Source of the DNA: Candidatus Latescibacterota bacterium
Lineage (GTDB): Bacteria > Latescibacterota > UBA2968
Reading direction: 5' to 3'
NCBI GenBank assembly: GCA_965222605.1
Contig: OZ244960.1
Location: 5,888,001 to 5,952,000 of the forward strand
DNA: 64,000 nt
Positions 29,274 to 38,137 of the stretch are shown piece after piece (the first letter of the stretch is position 1; the number at the start of each line of letters is the position of its first letter). Under the pieces are notes generated by a model. That model worked only from the letters and a program-made list of their open reading frames with translations. It was not told where the DNA came from and made no database searches. Made by a program: the position numbers and the translations under genes.

Positions 29274-29368
29274 TTATGGGGTGGTGCTTTAGCGTTGGGG
29301 CACATCGCAAAGCGGCGATGTGGGCGGTGAGTCATTGTGATTCGTCCGGTAGTTCCACAAAATATGGG

Positions 29369-29397
29369 TTGACAAAAAAGGCTTGTAAGTGTATATT
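29369..29397 (+). promoter_or_regulatory. tnpB promoter (also at 22692-22664, minus strand)
   Basis: TTGACA N17 TATATT N6 ATG in both copies. Confidence 0.7.
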
Positions 29398-29403
29398 TTT
29401 ATT

Positions 29404-30522
29404 ATGCTTAAGTCATTCAAATACAGATTGCGTCCGACGAAAAAGCAAGAGAAAATACTGCTGGCGCATATTGAAGAATGTCGCTTGCTGTATAACCAAC
29501 TTGTCTGTGCAAGAGTCCAAGCATGGGAAAAGAATAAAGAAAGTTTGTCGCGCTATGAGCAAAATAATATGTTGCCAATGATGAAGCAACAGCGTAAGTC
29601 TTTTTCTCTTGTTTACTCTCAAGTTCTTCAGCAAGTATGCCAGAGAGTAGATTGGGCGTTCAAAGGATTTTTCCGCCGTCTCAAAGAGCGGGCAAAGACG
29701 GGCGAGAAAGCAGGCTTTCCCAGATACAAAGGTCAGAATCGCTATGATTCTATCACCTATCCTCAGTTTTCCAACGGATGCCGATTGGACGATAAGGGCT
29801 TGCGATTGGGCAAAATAGGCTGTATTCGGATTGTCCAGCACAGACCACTTGAGGGTATGCCTAAGTCTTGCACGCTCAGGCGCACAGCCACGGGCAAGTG
29901 GTTTGTTACTATCTCTTGTGATATAGGCGACGCCCCTGAAAAAACAGACGCTGGTCCCGCCGTTGGCATTGACGTGGGACTTGATAATTTTGCTATGTTT
30001 TCTGACGCGACAAAGATCGCTAATCCTCGCTTTTTTCGGAAAGAGGAAAAGGCGCTTGCCAAAGCACAGCGCAAGTGGGACAAAGTGAAAAAAGTTTCGC
30101 CGAAGAAACGAGAGAGAGCACGTAAGACTGTTGCCAGAATGCACGAGCGTATCCGTAATAGACGGAATGATTTTGTGCATCAAGAAGCTCGAAAAGTCGT
30201 CAATAAGTATGGCTTTGTTGCAACAGAAAAGTTAGACGCGAAAAAGATGCAAAAAAATCGTCGCTTGTCAAAAAGCATCTCAGATGCAGCGTGGTCACTG
30301 TTTCGGCATTGTCTCGAATACAAAGCGGAAGAGGCTGGTATTAGATTCAAGGCCGTTGATCCTAAATACACGTCACAAGACTGCTCGGCTTGCGGGCACC
30401 GCGAGAAGAAAGCCCTCTCTGATCGTGTGCATCAGTGCAAAAAGTGTGGCTATACAGCAGACAGAGACCTCAATGCTGCGATAAACATATTGACTTTGGG
30501 ATTACAAAGTCAGGCGGTTTGA
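29404..30522 (+). CDS. tnpB: TnpB RNA-guided endonuclease
   Basis: Same motifs as copy 1, D-E-D triad and zinc finger intact; about 30 aa differences from copy 1. Confidence 0.95.
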   Translation: MLKSFKYRLRPTKKQEKILLAHIEECRLLYNQLVCARVQAWEKNKESLSRYEQNNMLPMMKQQRKSFSLVYSQVLQQVCQRVDWAFKGFFRRLKERAKTGEKAGFPRYKGQNRYDSITYPQFSNGCRLDDKGLRLGKIGCIRIVQHRPLEGMPKSCTLRRTATGKWFVTISCDIGDAPEKTDAGPAVGIDVGLDNFAMFSDATKIANPRFFRKEEKALAKAQRKWDKVKKVSPKKRERARKTVARMHERIRNRRNDFVHQEARKVVNKYGFVATEKLDAKKMQKNRRLSKSISDAAWSLFRHCLEYKAEEAGIRFKAVDPKYTSQDCSACGHREKKALSDRVHQCKKCGYTADRDLNAAINILTLGLQSQAV

Positions 30523-30583
30523 CCGACAAGAAGCCCAACTGCTTGAGCGTTGGGAGTAATCACGTAGAGAAGTCAAATTATGA
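30400..30583 (+). ncRNA. Predicted omegaRNA/reRNA with guide 30564-~30583 (5' boundary approximate)
   Basis: Inferred from known TnpB biology: scaffold overlaps tnpB 3' end and right end, guide is the flank after TCAC. Confidence 0.55.
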
Positions 30584-30810
30584 AAATCCAGAAACGTTTT
30601 ATAGTTTGGTGGATGCCGATTGCTGAGATGATCGGTAATTTTATGAATCGTGTGATTCTTTCTATATTTTATTTTGTAGCTGTTCTGCCTTTTGGACTGG
30701 TGGTTCGTTTGTTTTGTGATCCGCTACGAATTAAAAAAAAGCGCGTTTCTGGCTGGACAGATTTTGTTGTACATTCAGATGATCTGGATTGCTCCAGGAG
30801 GCAGTTCTGA
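30580..30810 (+). CDS. SxtJ-like small membrane protein
   Basis: WM..AE.IG.F..RVILSIFYF..V.PFGL..R...DPL...RRQF; overlaps the next start. Confidence 0.75.
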   Translation: MKIQKRFIVWWMPIAEMIGNFMNRVILSIFYFVAVLPFGLVVRLFCDPLRIKKKRVSGWTDFVVHSDDLDCSRRQF

Positions 30811-32585
30811 TGTATATACTGGGTCTTTCATGTTTTTACCACGATGCTGCGGCTGCGCTTATTCGGGATGGGGAATTGATTGCTGCGGCTGAAGAGGAAC
30901 GCTTTTCACGGAAAAAACATGATTCTAACTTTCCCGTTGGAGCAATTCAGTTTTGTTTGGAAGAAGCGGGGATTCTGGCACAGGATTTGAATTTTGTGGT
31001 ATTTTATGAAAAGCCGTTTGAGAAATTTGAACGGATTTTGATGACTGTTCTTCAGACCTATCCCATAGCTTGGAAAGTATTTCGCGAGTCGATGGCAACC
31101 TGGTTAGTCGATAAACTCTGGGTGCGACATACGATTCAGAGGGAGTTGGGCATTCCAAAGGAAAAGATTTTATTTACGCAACACCATCTGTCCCATGCTG
31201 CCAGTGCGTTTTTTACCTCACCCTTTGAAGATGCCGCAATCATGACGGTAGATGGTGTGGGGGAGTGGGCAACGGCTACTTGGGGTGTGGGTAAGGAGAC
31301 AGATTTAAAGTTGATGAAGGAGGTTCGCTTCCCGCATTCTATAGGTTTGTTATACAGTGCATTCACGGCGTTTTTGGGGTTTGAGGTGAATGAGGGAGAA
31401 TATAAAGTGATGGGAATGGCACCTTATGGAGTGCCTCGGTATGTAGATAAAGTGTGGCAAGTGATTCAGACGTTTGATGACGGATCATTTTGCTTAAATA
31501 TGGATTATTTTTCTTTTCATCATTCTACGACACGCACTTTTAACCTCAAATTCGAACAGCTATTCGGTGTTCCGAGATCACCCGAGACTTTGTTTTTTAC
31601 TGAGGAGACAGGATTCCCAAATTATTTTGGTGAAAAGCCGGGTAACTACAATACCCTTTGTAATCTAAATCAGCACTATGCCGATATTGCTGCGAGTATT
31701 CAAAAAGTTACAGAAGAGGTTTTGCTAAATATGGCTCAGGCGGTTCGACGCGAAACTGGGCTTACAAATCTGTGTTTTGCGGGTGGTGTGGCGTTAAATA
31801 GTGTGGCGAATACACGCATTTTGAATGAATCGGGTTTTGAGCAACTTTATATTCAACCCGCACCAGGTGATGGGGGTGGGGCTTTGGGTGCCGCGCTTTA
31901 TGCCTATCATGCGATACTTGGGCAACCGCGTAAGTTGGTGATGAAACATGCCTATTGGGGCAAAGCATATGGCGATGATATGGTAAAAGCATTTTTGGAT
32001 CGGGAAGGCATATCTTATGTATATGCCAAAAGTGAAGATGAAGTGTTAGAGCGCACTGTGGATGCCTTGATCAGTGGCAAAGTGATTGGATGGTATCAAG
32101 GGCGGTTTGAATGGGGGCCACGTGCATTGGGCAATAGAAGTATTTTGGCTGATCCCAGGCGTGAAGAGATGAAGGATGTAGTCAATACCAAAATTAAATT
32201 TCGTGAGCCCTATCGGCCTTTTGCACCATCGATATTGGCAAAAGAAGCAGAAAACTACTTTGATTTGCCACAAGTTGCTGCACACGACCCTGCCCGTTTT
32301 ATGCTGTTGGTGGTACCTGTAAAAAAAGAAAAAAAAGACAAGTTGCCTGCGGTTACGCATGTGGATGGTACGGGGCGATTGCAAACGGTTTTTGAAGCTA
32401 CAAATCCAAGGTATTATCATTTAATAGAGCGGTTTCATCAGGCTACAGGTGTGCCTGTAGTTTTGAATACTTCATTTAATTTGCGTGGTGAACCAATGGT
32501 TACAACGCCTGCAAATGCGTATAGTACATTTTCACGTAGTGAAATGGACTTGCTGGTGATGGGGAATTATTTGGTGAGTAAGTGA
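30810..32585 (+). CDS. CmcH/NodU-family O-carbamoyltransferase (SxtI-like)
   Basis: HDAAAAL, EERFSRKKH, HHLSHAAS, DGVGE, EYKVMG, GPRALGNRS, RPFAP, LNTSFN. Confidence 0.95.
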   Translation: MYILGLSCFYHDAAAALIRDGELIAAAEEERFSRKKHDSNFPVGAIQFCLEEAGILAQDLNFVVFYEKPFEKFERILMTVLQTYPIAWKVFRESMATWLVDKLWVRHTIQRELGIPKEKILFTQHHLSHAASAFFTSPFEDAAIMTVDGVGEWATATWGVGKETDLKLMKEVRFPHSIGLLYSAFTAFLGFEVNEGEYKVMGMAPYGVPRYVDKVWQVIQTFDDGSFCLNMDYFSFHHSTTRTFNLKFEQLFGVPRSPETLFFTEETGFPNYFGEKPGNYNTLCNLNQHYADIAASIQKVTEEVLLNMAQAVRRETGLTNLCFAGGVALNSVANTRILNESGFEQLYIQPAPGDGGGALGAALYAYHAILGQPRKLVMKHAYWGKAYGDDMVKAFLDREGISYVYAKSEDEVLERTVDALISGKVIGWYQGRFEWGPRALGNRSILADPRREEMKDVVNTKIKFREPYRPFAPSILAKEAENYFDLPQVAAHDPARFMLLVVPVKKEKKDKLPAVTHVDGTGRLQTVFEATNPRYYHLIERFHQATGVPVVLNTSFNLRGEPMVTTPANAYSTFSRSEMDLLVMGNYLVSK

Positions 32586-32731
32586 TAATTTCTGCAAAGC
32601 GTACCTTGTTGCGAACGCATCTGTGCAAAACACGCTTTTACTCTTAATGTGGGTTCCTAAAAATTATTCCTTCTAATGTGTTGTGAATATGACTGAATAA
32701 ATTGGTCTGGCTGGCCCATAAGGAGAAGGCG

Positions 32732-32911
32732 ATGTCTTATTTTAAACGAGTTGTGGACAAACTCGTTATTATGGGAGAATTGCTCGAATTTTTTTGGAAA
32801 CGCAAACTGTGGTGGTTGATTCCGATGGTGTGCATGTTGTTGTTTTTTGGATTGCTCATTGTGTTTACCCATGGTACTGCGGTAGCGCCATTTATTTATA
32901 CACTTTTTTAA
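32732..32911 (+). CDS. DUF5989 / SxtK-like small membrane protein
   Basis: ELLEFFWKRKLWWLIPM...AVAPFIYTLF; AGGAG RBS. Confidence 0.88.
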   Translation: MSYFKRVVDKLVIMGELLEFFWKRKLWWLIPMVCMLLFFGLLIVFTHGTAVAPFIYTLF

Positions 32912-32989
32912 AAGGTATCTTTATGTGTGATTCCACCGACAGACTGTTTTTAGGGTGTATACGACAAAAATTAAAAAAGCGAAAAGCTT

Positions 32990-34723
32990 ATGGATGGCGA
33001 TCAAATTGAGATGTTGGACGATGTCCTGAAGATGATCCTGACGTATATCCAGTCTCAGGGGTATGACCGGGTACGACTTTATCTTTACGACAGAGAGCGA
33101 GATGTGATGGTGGGAGCCTTCCAGGTAGGCATGGGACCTGAGTCGCCGTTTTCCACTATTGTATATCCATTGAACAGAGATCCCTATGCAAAACAGAGGC
33201 TGGATTCCAACCGCCCCTGGATCTACCGGACCGGGAGGCCAGAATACGAGGGGGTTAGCCGTCTCAATAGAGAAGCTGGCATCTTCTCCGATGCGACATC
33301 TCCCGAACTGGAATGGGCCGAAATTCTCCTGAAGATTGAAGAGGGAGGCAGGGAAATTCTGATCGGGCAGATCAGCCTGGATAACGAGTCCAGCAGGCGT
33401 CCCCTGGACCAGAAGTGCCTGGACCGGTTGATGGTGTACGCCTCCCATGCGGCCCTGGCCATCAGGCATACGCAACTCTACTATCGGATGGCTGAAGAAG
33501 TGCAGCACCGTACCTCAGAGCTAAATGAGCAAAACAGGCAGCAGGAGGTGCTGCTGCATATCAATCAGGCCGTGCAGGAGATGAAGCGCGTCTCAGACCT
33601 TGGGCAGATTGTTCGGATCTGTTACAAGCATCTACGGGAACTGGGGCTGGATTTCCAGGCGCTGGCGATCCACCGGCTAATTGATGAAGAAACACAGACA
33701 TTTGAGTCTTATGAGATCCAGCCTTCGGGAAAGTTCAACAGGCTGATGATGAAACGCGCCAATATCTACCGGATGTGGCAGGGTGGACAGACGGTCTATC
33801 GACGGGACCTGGAGGTGGACCCGGGTGGGATGACAGCGGAGACACTGACGGCGATCCGCAGGCGCTACGGGATCCTCCCCCGTTGCATCCTGGACATTCC
33901 ACACACCTTGGGAACGGTCGCCCTCGTGAGTGTGCATCCGAACGCCTTTGCCGAATCCGAGAAGGCATTTCTGGAACGGGTTGCCAGAGTGTTGTCCATG
34001 GGCCTCGTCCGAGTGGCGGACTTAGAGCAGATTCGCAACTATCAGGTACAATTGCGGACTCTGGCCTCTGAATTGACGCTGGCCGAAGAGAGGGAACGGC
34101 GTCGCATAGCAAGGGATCTGCACGACGGGATCGGTCAGACCTTACTGGTTTCGAGGATGAAGCTGAGAGGGCCGAGGGTCTCATCATCTCTTCCTGAGCT
34201 TGCGAGATCTATGGACGAAGCCTGTGAGTTTATCGATCAGGCGATTCAGAGCGTGCGGTCGCTGACCTTTGAACTCAGCCTGCCGATTCTTTACGAACTG
34301 GAGTTTGGCGCGGCGATGGAGTGGCTGGTCGAACAGATCCAGGAACAGCACGATGTTCAGATCGACTTAGAGGACGACGGGCAGCCGGAAAAGATGGATG
34401 AGGAGGTAACGGTGCTTCTCTTCCGCACGGTGCGAGAGTTGCTGATCAATGTCGTCAAGCACGCTCAGGCCCACAGCGTGAGGGTGTCGATCCGAAAAGA
34501 TGATAGCGGTATAAGGATTGAGGTCGAAGATGATGGAGTCGGATTTGACACTTCGCAAATAGATTTTGGCCGCGCATCCGACAAGGGGGGATTTGGTTTC
34601 TTCAGCATCCGGGAACGTCTGAATTTTTTGGGGGGAAATTTTCAAGTCGAATCCGAACCCGGCCAGGGCACCCGGGCCGTCCTGACGGCACCGCTAAAGC
34701 AGGACGGGCACCCCGGGACGTAA
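32990..34723 (+). CDS. Cytoplasmic GAF-domain sensor histidine kinase (HisKA_3)
   Basis: Two GAF-like regions, ERRRIARDLHDGIGQ, ELLINVVKHA, DDGVGF, GQGT; no TM segment; start uncertain. Confidence 0.9.
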   Translation: MDGDQIEMLDDVLKMILTYIQSQGYDRVRLYLYDRERDVMVGAFQVGMGPESPFSTIVYPLNRDPYAKQRLDSNRPWIYRTGRPEYEGVSRLNREAGIFSDATSPELEWAEILLKIEEGGREILIGQISLDNESSRRPLDQKCLDRLMVYASHAALAIRHTQLYYRMAEEVQHRTSELNEQNRQQEVLLHINQAVQEMKRVSDLGQIVRICYKHLRELGLDFQALAIHRLIDEETQTFESYEIQPSGKFNRLMMKRANIYRMWQGGQTVYRRDLEVDPGGMTAETLTAIRRRYGILPRCILDIPHTLGTVALVSVHPNAFAESEKAFLERVARVLSMGLVRVADLEQIRNYQVQLRTLASELTLAEERERRRIARDLHDGIGQTLLVSRMKLRGPRVSSSLPELARSMDEACEFIDQAIQSVRSLTFELSLPILYELEFGAAMEWLVEQIQEQHDVQIDLEDDGQPEKMDEEVTVLLFRTVRELLINVVKHAQAHSVRVSIRKDDSGIRIEVEDDGVGFDTSQIDFGRASDKGGFGFFSIRERLNFLGGNFQVESEPGQGTRAVLTAPLKQDGHPGT

Positions 34724-34756
34724 ACTGGGGATCTCAGTTGCAGGGAGAAAAGGCTC

Positions 34757-34843
34757 ATCCATTTCCCGATGTCAATTCAGGTATATGGAAGTACACTTCT
34801 GGGGTTTTACCCAATTGTGCTTTTTCTCCTGCATCCTTATTTT
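34757..34843 (+). promoter_or_regulatory. Conserved promoter element copy A (upstream of response regulator)
   Basis: 34757-34824 is 52/68 identical, ungapped, to 40992-41059; TTGTGC N17 TATTTT. Confidence 0.75.
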
Positions 34844-34898
34844 GACCCTACATATATGCGTTGTTGAAGCAGGATGGTAAAGATAAAGGAGATGTGCC

Positions 34899-35552
34899 AT
34901 GAGCATCCGGATTGTTCTGGCTGATGACCACAAGATCCTGCGTGCCGGGCTGCGTGCCATGATTGTGGAACAACCCGACATGGAGGTAGTGGGAGAGGCC
35001 GAGAACGGGCGGCTGGCGGTGAATCTGGCCCGTACGCTCTCGCCCGATGTGGTTGTCATGGATATTGGTATGCCCGATTTGAACGGTATTGAGGCCACCC
35101 GCCAGATCGTTGCCGAGGTGCCCGGTGTTAAGATCATAGGCCTGTCGATGTATTCCGACAGACGGTATGTGGCGGGCCTGTTTGGCGCGGGTGCGTCTGG
35201 CTACCTGTTGAAGGACATCGAGTTCGAGGAATTGATCGAGGCCATTCAAGCCGTAGTTGCAGGCCAGGTCTATGTGAGTTCCGGCGTGACGGGCGTTGTG
35301 ATCGAAGACTATGTACACCGCATATCGGGAAATGAAGCTGGTGGTATCTCGGTGCTGACGCCCCGGGAGCGCGAGGTGCTTCAGCTCCTGGTCGAAGGCC
35401 GGTCCACGAAGCAGATTGCTTATGAACTTGAAGTGAGTATCAAGACCGTTGAATCACACCGTCACAGGGTGATGGAAAAACTGGACCTTCACAACATCGC
35501 CGATCTCACCAAATACGCGATCCGCGCAGGGCTGACATCCCTCGAAGCCTGA
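34899..35552 (+). CDS. NarL/FixJ-family response regulator (REC + LuxR HTH)
   Basis: ADDH, MDIGMP, GYLLK, LTPREREVL, KTVESHR. Confidence 0.95.
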   Translation: MSIRIVLADDHKILRAGLRAMIVEQPDMEVVGEAENGRLAVNLARTLSPDVVVMDIGMPDLNGIEATRQIVAEVPGVKIIGLSMYSDRRYVAGLFGAGASGYLLKDIEFEELIEAIQAVVAGQVYVSSGVTGVVIEDYVHRISGNEAGGISVLTPREREVLQLLVEGRSTKQIAYELEVSIKTVESHRHRVMEKLDLHNIADLTKYAIRAGLTSLEA

Positions 35553-35594
35553 TCGCGCAGAGGCGCTTTGGATTTACCAGCAGGAGATTACGCA

Positions 35595-38060
35595 ATGGAC
35601 AAGAGGCGATTTGGTCTGTGTGCTACCGGGATGCTGGGAGCTTTGTTTATCCTGTGTCTCAGCTTTGCGCCGGCTGAGGCATCTGGGATAAAGGAGGAGG
35701 TACAGGTGCTGGAGGGGCGTGTCAAGGCCGCCCCGGATAGCCCGGGATTGTGGCTTGAGTTGGGGTATGCCCGCTTAAAGGCGGGAGATCTGAAGGGGGC
35801 CGAGAAGGCGTTTTTGACGGCGGAAACGAAGGGGGAAGATGAGATTGATGCGAGGGCTTATAACGGCCTGGGGCTGGTCTATGCGGCGAAACCGAGGCAG
35901 CTTCAGGCGGCTGTCGATTATTTCCAAAAGGCGCTGAGGAAGCAGCCGGATTACGCCGAGGCGCATTTCAACAAAGCGCAGACGTATTATCTCCACAACT
36001 GGATGTCGCATGCGATTCAGGCTGCAAAGGATGCGCTGGCGGCCGATTCTACGAATGTGGCAGCGCAGCAATTGATTGACAAGTGCCGTGCAATCACTGC
36101 GGGGGATGTGGAGAAATCCAAGAAGATGTACGAGAAGTACCTGTCGTCGGACCCGGAGGACTTAGAGGGCTGGTCGGAATGGGGAGGACTGGCTGTGGCC
36201 GAAGGGAATTACGATCAGATTCTGACACGCCTGCCGGATGTGATCCGGAAGAAGCCGAAATGGCGGGACCTGTATCCGATTGTGGCGCAGGCGTTTTGGA
36301 AGAAGAATTTACTGGATCAGGCGTGGATCGGTTTTAGCAAGTACGTGGAGGGATTGGAAGAAGAGGAGCGAGTGCTGTACGAAGATGTGAGCCTGATTAT
36401 GTGGGGGGATGAGGCCCGTCGGTTCCAGCGGGCGTCCGCAGAGGAACGGCGGGCGATTGCAGCCCGTTTTTGGGAAGAGCGGGACCCGGACTATAATACG
36501 CCGATCAATGAGCGGTTGCTGGAGCACTACCGCAGGGTGTGGTATGCGCGGACCTATTTTTCCCGGTATAAGCAACCCTGGGATCGTCGCGGGGAGGTCT
36601 ATATCCGCTATGGGGAACCGGATCACCGCAGTCGTTCCAAGCAGCCAAGCCCGCCTTCTTCGACGTCTGTAAACGCGGTGAAGGAACGGTTTTTCAACAT
36701 GCTCTACAGGGACCACTACATTTTGCTCGCCATGGGCGGTGGATCGGAAATCCCGTACCTGGATCCCCTGGAAATAGATGAAGGACTTCTGCCCGAGGAT
36801 CAGGCGATTTTGATGGAGACCGAGGGCGGATTGTACCAGGAGGGAACCACGATGACGGGTGTGCAGTGGTTTGACGCGGTCACGGGGGGGCTGACCGGGT
36901 CTTTGGTGGGGCCGGTGTTTCCCATCCGCTCTTATGATCCCGGTGCTGTCTTCGGGCTTTATCTGCCCGTGGGAGCCAGCGATTTCAGCCTTGTGCCGTG
37001 GGAGTCGTGGACATATACGGGAGTAGATGGGGGTATTGTGATCGACTTTACCAGAGAGAGCGGCAAGATGGGATTCGATTATGCGCCGATTCCAGAACTG
37101 GGCAAGACACCGGGGTTGCGGCATGGTACACAGGCCGGCATTGACGATATCCGGGCTATGAACGCCTTTACACGACGGGCGCCGATATCGATTGCGCGCA
37201 GGGCGTTTGCGGCAGTGCCGGATCGGTATATGGTTTCCGATGAGGACTTCCCCTTAGACTTCTACTTCGATGAGGCCAGGTTCCGGGGGCAGGCAGATGC
37301 CGTCCGCGTGGAGGTCTATTACGGTGTGCCGATGTCCGAGGCGACTTACTCGCCGACCGACAGCGCGACGGGGCTGAGGGCGGCCTGCCGGATCGCGCTT
37401 GTCAGAAAAGCAGATGGAAAGGTTTACCGGTCCGGAAACGAGCTGGCCTACCTGGAGCCGGGAAATCGGACCGGGGGGACCGGATTTATTCCCCAGGTGG
37501 TCACCGTGAATGTGCCTCCCGGTGAATATACCCTGGATGTGCGGATGGAGGATAGGTTGAAGGGGGAGGCCGGTGCCTATCGCAAGCAGGTGACCGTAGA
37601 GTCGTATCCGGCAGGGTCGTTGAAACTGAGCGATATCCAGTTGGCCTGGAAGGTCTCTGCAGGGGACGAACCGGGGCCGTTCTCCAAGAACGGGCTGAAG
37701 GTGGTGCCGATGCCGACGCGGCTGTACAAAAAGGGACAGCCTGTTTTCATCTATTACGAGATCTACAATCTCAAGCGAAACGCGTTTGGGATGACCAGCT
37801 ATACGGTGGAATACACGATTCGGTCGGGCAAACCGCCTGGGGCAATTTCGCGGATTTTCCGGGCATTCAGAGACGAGGAGCCGGGTGTAGAGGTCGCGGT
37901 GGAGCAGGAGCAACTCGGCAGGCAGGAGACGCAGCCCAGTTATATCGAACTCGATTTGAATGAGGTGGTGCCCGGACAGGTCGTGCTGACGGTTTCGGTA
38001 AAAGACCTCAACTCAGACGAGACAGCTTCCAGTGAGGCGAAGTTCGAGATCAAGGAGTAA
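35595..38060 (+). CDS. Exported TPR + GWxTD-domain protein
   Basis: Signal peptide, TPR repeats, FWEERDP...NERLLEHYRRV.YA...F....WDRRGEVYIRYGEP, C-terminal beta-sandwich LSDIQL/P.P.R.Y. Confidence 0.82.
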   Translation: MDKRRFGLCATGMLGALFILCLSFAPAEASGIKEEVQVLEGRVKAAPDSPGLWLELGYARLKAGDLKGAEKAFLTAETKGEDEIDARAYNGLGLVYAAKPRQLQAAVDYFQKALRKQPDYAEAHFNKAQTYYLHNWMSHAIQAAKDALAADSTNVAAQQLIDKCRAITAGDVEKSKKMYEKYLSSDPEDLEGWSEWGGLAVAEGNYDQILTRLPDVIRKKPKWRDLYPIVAQAFWKKNLLDQAWIGFSKYVEGLEEEERVLYEDVSLIMWGDEARRFQRASAEERRAIAARFWEERDPDYNTPINERLLEHYRRVWYARTYFSRYKQPWDRRGEVYIRYGEPDHRSRSKQPSPPSSTSVNAVKERFFNMLYRDHYILLAMGGGSEIPYLDPLEIDEGLLPEDQAILMETEGGLYQEGTTMTGVQWFDAVTGGLTGSLVGPVFPIRSYDPGAVFGLYLPVGASDFSLVPWESWTYTGVDGGIVIDFTRESGKMGFDYAPIPELGKTPGLRHGTQAGIDDIRAMNAFTRRAPISIARRAFAAVPDRYMVSDEDFPLDFYFDEARFRGQADAVRVEVYYGVPMSEATYSPTDSATGLRAACRIALVRKADGKVYRSGNELAYLEPGNRTGGTGFIPQVVTVNVPPGEYTLDVRMEDRLKGEAGAYRKQVTVESYPAGSLKLSDIQLAWKVSAGDEPGPFSKNGLKVVPMPTRLYKKGQPVFIYYEIYNLKRNAFGMTSYTVEYTIRSGKPPGAISRIFRAFRDEEPGVEVAVEQEQLGRQETQPSYIELDLNEVVPGQVVLTVSVKDLNSDETASSEAKFEIKE

Positions 38061-38088
38061 AATTTCGCAGGGAAATTTGTGTTGAGGT

Positions 38089-38131
38089 AGCGGGCTATGG
38101 ATCGCGTTTCGATCTGGGCCCGCTTTTTTTT
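38089..38131 (+). terminator. Intrinsic terminator
   Basis: AGCGGGC..GATCG/CGATC..GCCCGCT stem followed by a T tract. Confidence 0.8.
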
Positions 38132-38137
38132 GTGTTT

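Larger units (their letters stand above)
29278..30563 (+). mobile_element. IS200/IS605-family tnpB-only element, copy 2
   Basis: Starts after TTAT (29274-29277), ends GGGAGTAATCAC; RE hairpin CCCAAC-N9-GTTGGG. Confidence 0.88.

Noticed and set aside
21536-30522. Cas12f/type V CRISPR effector or nuclease-dead TldR
   Set aside because: No array nearby, IS ends are present, and all three RuvC acidic residues are intact
30580-32911. Saxitoxin biosynthesis cluster
   Set aside because: Only the widespread I/J/K-like module is present; no sxtA/sxtG-like genes in the window
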